A stretch of DNA of 64,000 bases, taken from positions 160,001 to 224,000 of the forward strand of contig CAXXFK010000028.1 of the NCBI GenBank assembly GCA_963663965.2, written 5' to 3'. The notes beneath the pieces are model-generated. The model saw only the letters and a program-made list of their open reading frames with translations, was not told the origin of the DNA and searched no databases. The position numbers and the translations under genes are program-made. Below are positions 53,422 to 63,900 of the stretch, piece by piece. Origin of the DNA: Sedimentisphaerales bacterium (lineage in GTDB: Bacteria; Planctomycetota; Phycisphaerae; Sedimentisphaerales; SM23-30). Numbering within the stretch: the stretch's first letter is position 1; each line of letters starts with the position of its first letter.

Positions 53422-54607
53422 AAAGCAATACTTCATATAATTGTTTTTGTGCAGATTGTGCCTTTATTGCACGGTCATGCCGATAGGTGTCTTGTTGCTG
53501 AATCGTGGAATGAGCCATGGCTGCCTGAACTTCACGTGGATCAGAGGATAGTTCGCCAATCATTGTGGCGTATGTATGGCGGAGAATATAAAAGCCTGTG
53601 CCATAGGGCAAAGATACACCAGCTCGCTTACATAATTTATCAAAGCGGTTTTTAACTGCGTCAGAGCGATGTGTTTTGCCCTTTTCATCAATTCTTTCCC
53701 AACACATCGGTTTGCCATTCCGACTAACAAAAAACAATTTATCGATATTCGCATCCGTAGTTTTGCCCCGATGGTGAGCGAGATATATTCGTAATGCAGT
53801 AATCGTTTTATCCCAAAGCATAAAATCACGAGAAACACCTGTTTTTTTGCGACGGTCTGATATTAAGCCACGATCAAGATCAACTTCTGATAGTTTAAGA
53901 GATCCAATATCAGAGTTACCAAAACCACAATTCAATCCTAAAAGAACCAAAGCAATATCAACTGGGCTGGCTGCACTTAGTAGTTTCTTAATTTGTTTCC
54001 AAGTGAGCGGGGTTCTGTTCTGACTCTTACCATGTCCATTCTTGGCTTTAATGGGAAATTTTCTAATTGCGCCAATAGCGGGTGGTCTCAAGTCATGGGT
54101 ATCCATACCCCATTTTAGAAATCCTCTAACTTGTTCGATATGATGATTGGCTTCAATTCGACCTATGGAAGTATTTACGGCCAGTTCATTTCTATAGCCA
54201 GCGAGAAGTGAAGTTGTAAGATCCGAAGGCCCTTTCATAGCTGGATCGAAACCATTATTGAATAACCATTTCATAAACCGAGGCAGGTATTTTTTTATGT
54301 TACCTAAAGTAGATGTACTGCATCCATCTGCCTTTTTCTGATTAAAGTAATTCTCAGCAAGATCTGTCAATGTCCATGAACAAGCATCTGCGTATTTTTC
54401 TGAAGGAGATTCTCTCAGGCTATACTCTGAAACAATTCGTTCAATTTCATTATTATAGATTGTTTTGGCTTCGGTACAATTATTAGCCCATGTTTTATAA
54501 CGCCGGCCTTTTGGATGTGAAGGATCCCTTATAATAGAGTACCACCAGCCAGTAGACTTATTATAACATAATTGAGGCAGCCGTTTTCTTATCGTTTTCT
54601 TAGCCAT
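53369..54607 (-). CDS. Tyrosine integrase of the island
   Basis: LLGLNCGFGNSDI, RKKTG, FYILRHTYAT, MAHS...TY; probable start MAKK at 54607, next to the att copy. Confidence 0.9.
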   Translation of the reverse strand: MAKKTIRKRLPQLCYNKSTGWWYSIIRDPSHPKGRRYKTWANNCTEAKTIYNNEIERIVSEYSLRESPSEKYADACSWTLTDLAENYFNQKKADGCSTSTLGNIKKYLPRFMKWLFNNGFDPAMKGPSDLTTSLLAGYRNELAVNTSIGRIEANHHIEQVRGFLKWGMDTHDLRPPAIGAIRKFPIKAKNGHGKSQNRTPLTWKQIKKLLSAASPVDIALVLLGLNCGFGNSDIGSLKLSEVDLDRGLISDRRKKTGVSRDFMLWDKTITALRIYLAHHRGKTTDANIDKLFFVSRNGKPMCWERIDEKGKTHRSDAVKNRFDKLCKRAGVSLPYGTGFYILRHTYATMIGELSSDPREVQAAMAHSTIQQQDTYRHDRAIKAQSAQKQLYEVLLSKLPTSLLKRIGGEGVE

Positions 54608-54650
54608 TTGTAATCTATCCTTATGGTAAGAGTGTCTTTTATGCCTATGA

Positions 54651-54672
54651 TGCTGCAAAAACTGCTGCAAGT
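54651..54672 (+). repeat. Candidate integrase arm-type sites (right)
   Basis: TGCTGCAAAAACTGCTGCAAGT, matching 12668-12689. Confidence 0.6.
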
Positions 54673-54726
54673 CAATATGAAAATATGTAACTACTTGTCA
54701 ATAAAAGCATGAAAAGAATAAGCCAT

Positions 54727-54778
54727 AGCGGCTGTTAACCGCTAGGTTCCAGGTTCGAGCCCTGGTCGGGGAGTTTTT
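54727..54778 (+). repeat. att core: duplicated tRNA-Asn 3' part
   Basis: Identical to 12514-12565; followed by a hairpin and T run (~54780-54815). Confidence 0.95.
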
Positions 54779-55013
54779 TAAAGCCTTTTAAGTTAATGAC
54801 TTATGAGGCTTTTTTGTTTTATTGGGCTAATAATTTTCTTCTGAAAATCGTTCCTAAAGACGGTAAGTATCGGTTTACCAATTAGCTTTTTTATACCATC
54901 ATCGGTTGTAACTCATTTACTATTATTGACTTGTCAATCGCTTCAAACCTGAGAGCGAGCGGCCCATGACCGGTCGGTCATGCATACAGACAGGCAGGAT
55001 TATAACCCATTTA

Positions 55014-57470
55014 TTAGGTTGGTTTTTGCGAGTCGGATTCATATCCGATGGCTTTATAGCCTCTGAGTCTGCGCTCAAACATCTTGACCAACATGGGCAC
55101 ATTCATATCCGCATAATCGTAAATGACTACTTCACTTTTGCTGTAATGGTCTCGGTGCAGCCGCCCAGCATATTGGGCAATCGTGCCTTTCCACGAAACC
55201 GGCAGAGTCAGGAACAGGGTGTCTAAACGAGGGTGATCGAATCCTTCGCCGAGATAACGGCCCGTTGCCAGGACCAGGTTCGATTGATTATCTGATGCGG
55301 CATTTAACTGTTCATTAGCCTCCACCAGTTGTTTTTTACCCATACCGCCCTTAAAGATGATCAGATTATCAATTCGGTCTTCCAATATTTCGGCCAAGTA
55401 CTCCAAATGTTCACGGCGCTCAGTAAGCAAAGCCGGGAAACGACCATTGTAGATCGCCTCCATCACATCCTCGAGAATCATGGCATTTCTTGGAATATTG
55501 TCTATCAAAGCTGAATAAAGGTCATTGATGGATGGTTTTTCTTTTGATTGGAGGGTTGGCGGCAATTCGAATTTTGTTTTTCGGATTACCAGTTTATGTG
55601 TAAACGCCCGTTTTTGCGCCTGCAATTTCGCGTTCACCTGATATCGAACCGGCCCGCAATTCATGTAGATGATGGGATGATGACCATCTTTTCTGGTTAC
55701 TGTCGCGGAGAGGCCGGTGATATATCTGCCTTTAAATTGTTTGGTAATCGCCTCAAAACTCGGCGCCGAAATATGATGGCATTCATCGACTATCAGATGG
55801 CCATAATCCGCAACAATATTATCCACCTTGCCCTTTTGGCTTAAACTCTGAATGATGGCGATATCGATTTTACCGGTTGGCTTGCGCTTACCAGCTCCAA
55901 TTTGTCCAATCTGGTTGTCAGCCCCAGCAATGAATTGCTTCAGCCGGACAGCCCATTGCTCCTGAAGTTGGCGGCGATGGACCAAAATAAGGGTGTTGAC
56001 TTGCCGTTGGGCCATTACATAACAGGCAATGACCGTTTTGCCAAATGCGGTGGTGGCTGCAAGAATGCCGGTGTCGAACTCAAGCAAGGCTTGGGCGGCT
56101 TTTTTCTGATCCGGATAAAGCTGGCCACTGAATTGGATGTCAATTGGATTACCAATAAATCGTCTGTCGCTGATAGTAACGGGAATATTTAGTCGCCCAA
56201 GTAATGCCTTTGCATCATCGAGACACCCCCTTGGCAGTGCGATATACTTGTCAAACATTTCCGCGCAACAGATGATGCGAGGAATGTTAAAAACTGGCAT
56301 TCTCATCGCTTGTTTCGAATAAAACTCAGGATTTTGAAAGGCTGCCAGGCGTATCAGACCATTACGCAGAGAAGGCGACAAACCCTCTTTGGGAATATAA
56401 ATCTGATTTGCCAATACCAGGTTGATGTTAGTGGGAAAGGGGCCGACAATCCGATTGTTCTTATCGCCTGATGGGAGCGTTTCCCAAGGTTTGTCATCCT
56501 CATCCTCTGTAACCGGTAATCCCAAACCAACTATTTTTCCACTGTTACAGGCTTTTTGAAACAGCGATTCAATTGTCCTTCTGTCGATCTTTTTGATTGA
56601 ACCGAGATAGTGCCATTGATCAGGATAGGGTTCATAATTGTCATCCAGAAAGACCGAGTTGCCATCTTCTCTTGGTTTCTTTTGAAAGGGTAAGGCAATC
56701 AAATTCCCAAAACCCCCTTGTGGCAGGGTGTCCTGATTGGGAAAAAAGCGGTCATAAGAATCGAATCCCAGTTCTGGACGGCGTTCCATGGTTTCAGTTA
56801 AAATGAAACTGCCAATTGCGCGCGCCTTCATACAGGGAATTGGTTCTTCAAAAAACAGCCAGACATGACCGCCATTACCCGAACGGGAACGCTCCACCGA
56901 GAAAGGTATGTCCAATTCGGTACAAGTCGTTCCATATGCTTTTACATCTTCCCGCCAGGATGACTTGTCAAAATCAGCGGCCAGAAACCAGCATTTTTCA
57001 TCCGGCAACATGGGGTAGATGCCTATGGTGAAATCTCGATTGCCATATTCATCCGGATCAACGCCGCGTAAATGAGATTCGATCACATGATCGGTCAAAG
57101 GCAAATAATCGCGGTTATTACAGTCGGAACACTTGATTTTCGGTTTGCCGCAGACACCTCTAATCCATTCATGACTGCATGCCGGTTGATACCCGGATTT
57201 GCCGGTCTTGAGACTTTCAAAGCGGCGGGGATAAACATCCTCTCTCCCTCGAAATAAACTGCGGAATAATCTAATTTTATCCTGATTTGGTGAAAGATGG
57301 GTGATACCGGAGGTTTTATTGTGAATGGTAGCAGGGCGATCTTGTTGCATCTCGATTTCCGATATTCTTCGCAGAATCTGCTGCCGTTTGGTGTCGATAT
57401 TTGCCAGCGCCTTTTTTAGCTGCGTTAACTCATAATGTTTGTCATTATCCAATTTACTACCCACGAACAA
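55014..57470 (-). CDS. TOTE-type AEP domain + SF2 (DExH) helicase
   Basis: GIYPML, AADFD, ERSRSGNGGHVW, FFPNQD; TTAFGKT, DECHH, LSAT, GEGFD, QYAGRLHR. Confidence 0.88.
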   Translation of the reverse strand: MFVGSKLDNDKHYELTQLKKALANIDTKRQQILRRISEIEMQQDRPATIHNKTSGITHLSPNQDKIRLFRSLFRGREDVYPRRFESLKTGKSGYQPACSHEWIRGVCGKPKIKCSDCNNRDYLPLTDHVIESHLRGVDPDEYGNRDFTIGIYPMLPDEKCWFLAADFDKSSWREDVKAYGTTCTELDIPFSVERSRSGNGGHVWLFFEEPIPCMKARAIGSFILTETMERRPELGFDSYDRFFPNQDTLPQGGFGNLIALPFQKKPREDGNSVFLDDNYEPYPDQWHYLGSIKKIDRRTIESLFQKACNSGKIVGLGLPVTEDEDDKPWETLPSGDKNNRIVGPFPTNINLVLANQIYIPKEGLSPSLRNGLIRLAAFQNPEFYSKQAMRMPVFNIPRIICCAEMFDKYIALPRGCLDDAKALLGRLNIPVTISDRRFIGNPIDIQFSGQLYPDQKKAAQALLEFDTGILAATTAFGKTVIACYVMAQRQVNTLILVHRRQLQEQWAVRLKQFIAGADNQIGQIGAGKRKPTGKIDIAIIQSLSQKGKVDNIVADYGHLIVDECHHISAPSFEAITKQFKGRYITGLSATVTRKDGHHPIIYMNCGPVRYQVNAKLQAQKRAFTHKLVIRKTKFELPPTLQSKEKPSINDLYSALIDNIPRNAMILEDVMEAIYNGRFPALLTERREHLEYLAEILEDRIDNLIIFKGGMGKKQLVEANEQLNAASDNQSNLVLATGRYLGEGFDHPRLDTLFLTLPVSWKGTIAQYAGRLHRDHYSKSEVVIYDYADMNVPMLVKMFERRLRGYKAIGYESDSQKPT

Positions 57471-57482
57471 GTTTTGAATCTG

Positions 57483-58495
57483 CTATCGACAATTTATTCT
57501 GTTTTCCAGAGCAGACAATTGCTCGATAATTTCATTAAAAGCCGGCGGCTTGGTAAAATACATAACCGCCATACTCCGGTAATCCCGGCGAAGCTCGGGT
57601 ATCCGTTCTTTGGGCGGCATCAGATGAAAACTTTTTGGGGCCGCCTGATCATATCTGGCCCATCCGCAATGATAAAACCGATCCTTATGTATCGTTACCC
57701 TTTTGAGCAGATCCAGATCATTCAACGCCTCTTCCACAACTGCGGACTGGCTCATCTGGGCTACATCGGCATAATGGCGGGAGTAGCGCTTAAGCATTGG
57801 CTTGTCCTTGGGGCGAAAATATTCAGCGTGCAGAATAGTTGCCTTTTCCCAGAATGTCCGCCTGGCTACCACGGTGGTTACTGAACACTCCGGCTGAGAA
57901 AACAGATTCGGGAAGAAATCGGCAGCATATGACTTGATAGTATAATTTGCGTGGGAACCGGTTCGGCATGAGTGCCCAACTCCAAAACGATATTGGGTTT
58001 GATATAATCCAAACCGGTTTCAAGCGAACCCGGATATTTAAACTCGATGATATTACCATCGGATGGATTGAGGTTAAGCTGCCAATCGGTAGCTGGTAAT
58101 GTTTCCGCGATGTCTGCGGATAATAGTGGCAATACCATATGTTGAATATAGTTCCGACATGCTGTCATCATTTCGTCAAGCAAGACTGCCCGTTTGGTAT
58201 GGGAAAGGCTTGCCTGTCGGGGATCTTTCCGATCGACAAAGCCCAGTTTATCAAAAACAACGGCCAAATCGATATCTTCTGAAAATCGCTGTATCAGATT
58301 AAAGCATTTGGATAGGCTGGTTCCACCTTTGAATACCAGCCGATCAGATAATTTCTGATTTGAGAAAATCCGCATCAGCAGCCAGCAAACCCAGAAATCT
58401 TTTTCGACAATAACAGGATCCAATTCCATACGGGCTGCGGTCTCGTGAAAAAGGTCTCTTCTGTTCGGGCGGCTCAATCTGGCAACCTGATTCAT
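57483..58495 (-). CDS. AbiEii-family nucleotidyltransferase toxin, frameshift near 57945
   Basis: EKDFW, FKGGTSLSK, RFSEDID; RTFWEKA and SRHYAD in the second frame. Confidence 0.85.
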
Positions 58496-59100
58496 GGCGA
58501 ATCCTTGATTATCTTCTGAACAACTTCAAATATCCATTCCGTAGAAAAGAGGATATTGTTTTGCAGTTCCTGCTTTTCTTTCCTGGATAATTTCCGCTTC
58601 AAGTACGAAATGATATCTTTATCAACAAGATCTTTACCCAGAAATCTCAGGGCCTGTACAATCAGTCCGGATATTTCGCTGTTGGCATAAATTTCTTTGG
58701 GCCGGGCATGCTTAAATTGAATGGTCCGGTTGCCGATTTTGACCTGTTTGGAGGGACCATTAGTTAAATAAATAAATTGGGCGGGCACTTGCTGAGATAA
58801 TCCCAACCGGTTGGCCGCTATATTCCCTTCGGGCAGGATTGTCCATTTGAATTTGCGTGCCAACGCCTTGGCTACCTGGTCCAGGTCGGAACTCAGTTCA
58901 CCGCCAAGCGCTGGATTGGTTCTGGGGGAATCAAAGATACCCCGCCCAATGCTTCGAATGAAACCATCCTTAACCAGCCGGGATAGAATCTGGCCTACGG
59001 AACCAGAGGAGGCTATGTCTTGAAAATCCTTTCGGGTAAATACATACCCTGGACCCCAACTTGCAATCCTTTTCTCAATTTGTTCTCGAATATTGTTCAT
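58492..59100 (-). CDS. DUF6088/AbiEi-like antitoxin regulator
   Basis: N-terminal wHTH (LSRLVKDGFIRSIGRGIF), AANRLGLSQQVP, YLTNG. Confidence 0.82.
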   Translation of the reverse strand: MNNIREQIEKRIASWGPGYVFTRKDFQDIASSGSVGQILSRLVKDGFIRSIGRGIFDSPRTNPALGGELSSDLDQVAKALARKFKWTILPEGNIAANRLGLSQQVPAQFIYLTNGPSKQVKIGNRTIQFKHARPKEIYANSEISGLIVQALRFLGKDLVDKDIISYLKRKLSRKEKQELQNNILFSTEWIFEVVQKIIKDSP

Positions 59101-59117
59101 GATGTTTTAGTGCCTGA

Positions 59118-59148
59118 TGTCACAAATAATATATCACTATTTGTGACA
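59118..59148. promoter_or_regulatory. Inverted-repeat operator overlapping the toxin-antitoxin promoter
   Basis: TGTCACAAATA-9nt-TATTTGTGACA perfect inverted repeat, overlapping TTGCAT/TATATT on the minus strand. Confidence 0.68.
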
Positions 59149-59337
59149 GATGCAAGGGTAATTTGGATTTTAACTCAATTTTATGGCCTACTGTTTTAAT
59201 ACTGTTTTGCGGCGCAAATACCGCGATAAAACGCGAAAAAACGCGAAGAAATAAGAAGATTTGCGAAAATCAAGAAATCTGATAAGATATTGAAAACAAT
59301 AGACTAATGGGCCTTTCGGCCGATGCCGCGAAGCTTC

Positions 59338-59408
59338 CTGTTAACCGCCAAGGTTCCAGGCAGAAGATCCCGATTTTACATCGGGTTTCGAGCCCTGGTC
59401 GGGGAGTT
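59338..59408 (+). repeat. Third tRNA-Asn 3' fragment with a 26-bp insertion
   Basis: CTGTTAACCGC..AGGTTCCAGG[CAGAAGATCCCGATTTTACATCGGGT]TTCGAGCCCTGGTCGGGGAG, then a terminator-like hairpin. Confidence 0.85.
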
Positions 59409-59481
59409 CTTCAAATGCAAAGCCTTGTGAGAGAAACCCATACAAGGCTTTTGTCTTGGCATTAACTAAATATCAAACCTA

Positions 59482-60700
59482 GTGCTCTGTAAAGATTAAA
59501 TATTCGGATATAGTGATCTCAATTTACACCTGGCATCTTCCACTTTAAATTGCCAGTTAACGCCTCGTTGCTTTTCGTTGGAGTGGGTGGCCCATGCTTT
59601 CGTCTCTTTTTTCAGCCTATCCATGTCGGTCATTTTTCGATCCTTCAGACATTGCCGGGTCATCGCACTCAGTTCATTTTCGGCCACATTGAGCCAACTG
59701 CCATGCTTGGGCGTGTAATGAAATTCAATTTTTTCCACATACCGGCGCGCCTGCTCCGGAGGAAAAACCTCGTAAAAAGCTCCCTTGGTATGAGTATTCA
59801 AATTGTCGCACACCAGAAGCACTCGTTTCGCTTGGGCATAGCGGCCCTCCAGCAACTCTGCCATTTCAACGGCCCAGTCAACCTTTTTCCGTTGTGGACG
59901 AACGCTCACCCCACGCCAGCCGGATTTGGGTTCTGTGAACATGAATATGCTGGCGGTTCCGGCGCGCTCGTATTCATAGTCTACTCGACGAGGATGATGC
60001 AAGGTTGCTGCCATCGGAGGGCGAGTTTCCTTGAGCAATTGCACTGGCTGTTCATCCATGCATAGCGCCGGAAAATCCGGGTGATATGGCAGGGAATAGA
60101 CATTCAGAACATCTTCCATGCACGCGACAAATTCACTGTTTTGGTCCGGCGGTATCACCCAGTACTGTATCTTTCGGTTCGTCATTTCATTTTTTTAAGC
60201 GTCGTGGCAACGGTGGTGTGACTGATGGATTCTACGATTCCCAATTCCACCGCTTTGTCGGCTATCAAACGCAACGACCAGTTACTGTAACCTTCCGGCG
60301 GATCGCTTAGCCTCAGGGCAATGATCTTTGCCTCCTGCTCGCCATCCAGCAGCTTGGCGCGAGGCGGCGTGTCACGCTGCTTACCGTTCAATGTGATGTC
60401 AAACCCTCTTTCTACCAGCGATTTACGAACTTTGGTTACGGTCCTGAGACGACACAAAAAAGCGTCGGCAATTTGATTGCAGGACCAGTTGGGACCGTCC
60501 GCATCCGCCTTAAGCAAGATTTGAGCCCGTTTGACTTTTTGCGAGGTGCCCTTGAGTTTTGTAACAACTTCAAGCAGCTCTTTCCGTTCTGCGTCAGTGA
60601 GACGAACGATGTACTTTTTCATAACAAACTCCATAAATATTCGGTTTATGGAGTTATTATCGGACATGCTATATAAGAATATTTAGTTTTTACAGAGCAC
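59482..60700 (-). mobile_element. IS630-family element, two ORFs (60182-60622, 59496-60185) with slippery A run
   Basis: TIR GTGCTCTGTAAA / TTTACAGAGCAC in CTAG context (TA duplication); MDE, DNL, HGSWLNVAE; TTAAAAAAATGA at the ORF overlap. Confidence 0.93.
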
Positions 60701-60922
60701 TAGTCGAAAAATATTGCGACCAGTAATCATTTCTGGTTTTTTTTCGCATGACCGTTTTCATGCGATTGCCTTGTGCTATCCATTAAATTTACTTGTAATT
60801 TGCCCGAAATTGTTATAATTAAAGTTTATAGTTAAATTGAATAACATTGGAGCAAAGGATTATTTACGGATATCAGGTCTTACTTTCTCTGCTTGCAAAA
60901 ACCCTGTAATGATGGAGTTTCT

Positions 60923-63900
60923 ATGTTCAGGTTTATTCTCAAAATGGTCATATTTTCTTTAACGATGTCACTGTCAGTGCTGGGCTACAGTGGCGGCAAC
61001 GGTTCAGCCGATCAACCCTGGCAGATTGCCAACATCAATGATTTTAACCAGCTTATTCACAGTCCCGGCACCTGGGCTGATCATTTTATCCTGACAGATA
61101 ACATGGACCTTTCTGGCGTGGTTTATGAAAAAGCCCCCATTGCTCCGGATATTGATGATGCTCAATATGATTTTCAGGGCGATGTCTTTACCGGTGAGCT
61201 TGATGGCAACGGTTTTACCATTTCGAATCTGACCATAACCAACACCACTGGCGGCGATTTTCTCGGCCTCTTCGGCAAGATACAATACGCCCGAATAACC
61301 AATCTCCATCTGGATTCTGTTACTATTAAAGTGACCGGTTATGATTCCGGTAATTATGGGGCGGAATTTATCGGCGGCCTGACCGGCTGGCAGGACTACG
61401 GTTTTGTGAGTAATTGCTCAGTCAGCGGAACTGTTGGAACCGAAGCGGGATGGCTTCTATATGTCGGCAATGTGGGCGGACTTGTGGGTGAAATAAACGG
61501 ATTGCATTCGGGCGACCTGGTCATGGAAAACTGTTCCAGTTCGGCCACGGTTAACGGCGGTAGTAATGTTGGTTGCCTGGCGGGAACCGCCTGGAACTGC
61601 TACCTGATCAAATGCTTCAGTGACGGTCAGGTGATGGGCCATTCTTATGTCGGCGGACTGGTGGGCAACGCGGCGGCAAGAATCGAACAATGCTATAATA
61701 CTGCTTCCATTACCGGATACTACGACGAGTACAATTCCAGTCAGCATATCGGCGGTCTGGTGGGCCATACTCATGGCGATATCTACGAATGTTACAACCG
61801 CGGCGCGATCCATATCACTAAAGGTGACTATGTCGGCGGCCTGGCCGGAAAAACCAACTGGCATATTACCCGCAGCTATAATGCCGGCTCTATCATCGTC
61901 GAGAATTCAGACAATGGCTTTATTGGCGGTCTGGCCGGACAAGTCAATGAAGGAGTAACAACCATCTCCGATTCTTTCTGGGATACCCAGGCCAGCGGAC
62001 AGCAGAGCAGCGCCGGTGGCGGCACTCCTTCCAATACCTCCGACATGCAGCAACAGCAGACCTATACAAATGCCAACTGGGATTTTAATTCTGTCTGGAA
62101 GATATTCCCGCATTACTATCCGGTCTTTATCTGGGAACCAGATCCTGTTATTGACTATTCCGGCGGCCAGGGAACCGCCGATGATCCCTGGCAGATTACC
62201 AGCGCGCAGGACTGGATTCTTCTGACCAATTCCCCTCAGCACTGGTCGAGCCATTTTATACTCATGAATAATATTGATTTCCAGGGACAATCGATTCTCC
62301 CCGTCGGCGACAGCCATTATGAAGAGTTCTTCGACGAGTTTGGCAACCCCTATGTCGCCCGGGTCGATTATCCTTTCGCCGGTGTTATGAATGGCAACGG
62401 CCATATCCTCAAGAATTTATCAATTTATCGCGATAACGGCCTGACCGAATTTGCCGGACTTTTCAGCTCAAATACCGGCGATATCAACCAACTCGGCCTG
62501 GAGAATGTTGTTATCTCCGATTATTACAATACCGGCGCTCTGGTTGGATTTAATCTGGGAGCTATTTCCGAATGCTACGCCACAGGCGCTATCGATTATG
62601 GCGATTATCTGGGCGGCCTGGTTGGCGTTAACGATCCCGGCGCCATTATTAATAACTGTTACAGCCTTGTGGCTGTGAGTGGATGGAATTTCATTGGTGG
62701 TCTGGTCGGCCTGAACCAGCCCAATGGCGGGATTTCCAACTGCCTTGCCGCCGGCGCGGTAACCGGTGAGACCTATGCCGGTGGATTGATTGGCTATAAT
62801 GAAGGTTATTACTACGGCTGTTTCTATGATTACGAAACCAGCGGGCAGAATGATTTCTCCGGTATCGGACTGCCCACCAGTCAACTTCAGGATATTACAC
62901 CATATCTGGATGCCGGCTGGGATTTCGCGCCCATCGAGGAAGATGGTACGCCGGCCGTCTGGACCATTAATCCGGATCATTATCCCATTCTGGTCTGGCA
63001 AACCCGGTTACCCGCCCGCTACAGTGGCGGCGAAGGCACGGCCGCCGATCCCTACAAAATCGCCACAGCTCAGGACCTGATCGACTTGGGCCAGACGACG
63101 GCAGACTACGATAAACATTTCCAGCAGATTGCCAACATAGACCTGTCGCAATACTCCTTTACGCAAGCCGTGATCGCTCCCTATCTTATGAATAGCAGCG
63201 ATAAATTCGATTTTGCCGGCGTTTATGATGGCGGCGGGTATCGAATCCTCAATCTGACGATTAACGCGCCTGATCAGTATTATGTCGGTCTATTCGGCCG
63301 GATTATTGCCGGCAGTAAAATTAAAAACCTCCGTTTGGATAGCGTTAATATCACAGGCGACTGGTATGCCGGCGGTCTCTGCGGCGGCAATGGCGACTGG
63401 GATAGTAGTGGCGGCGGCCTTATCAGCGGATGTCTGGTCAATGGCTCGATAGTCAGCGTCTCAGACAGCGCCGGAGGATTGTGCGGCTTCAATCAGGGCG
63501 TCATAGAAAAATGCGGCAGCACACAGGGTTCGGTTATCAGCCCAAACACCTCCGGCGGTCTCTGTGGTTATAATAACGGAACGATCGACCAGTGTTTTTC
63601 TGCCATGACTGTCGGCGATGGCTGGTACATCGGCGGCCTGTGTGGTTATAACTATGGACTCCTCTCTCAATCTTTTGCTACTGGCGCCGTAAATGGTTCA
63701 GGCAATTATGTTGGCGGATTCTGCTCGCTCAACGATGGAACGATTTCTCAATGCTATTCCACCGGCAGCGTTACCGGCGGCGGAGCCACCGGCGGTTTCT
63801 GCGGCGTTAATAACATCACTATCGAAGGCTGTTTCTGGGATATCCAGACCAGCGGCCAGGATTCCAGCGCGGGCGGAGAGGGCCTGGAAACCCAATTCAT

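Larger units (their letters stand above)
12514..54778. mobile_element. tRNA-Asn-integrated genomic island (~42 kb)
   Basis: 52-bp direct repeat of the tRNA 3' part at 12514-12565 and 54727-54778; tyrosine integrase and excisionase next to the right copy. Confidence 0.92.

Noticed and set aside
54727..54778. Second functional tRNA-Asn
   Set aside because: Lacks the 5' acceptor strand and D-arm; it is an att duplication.
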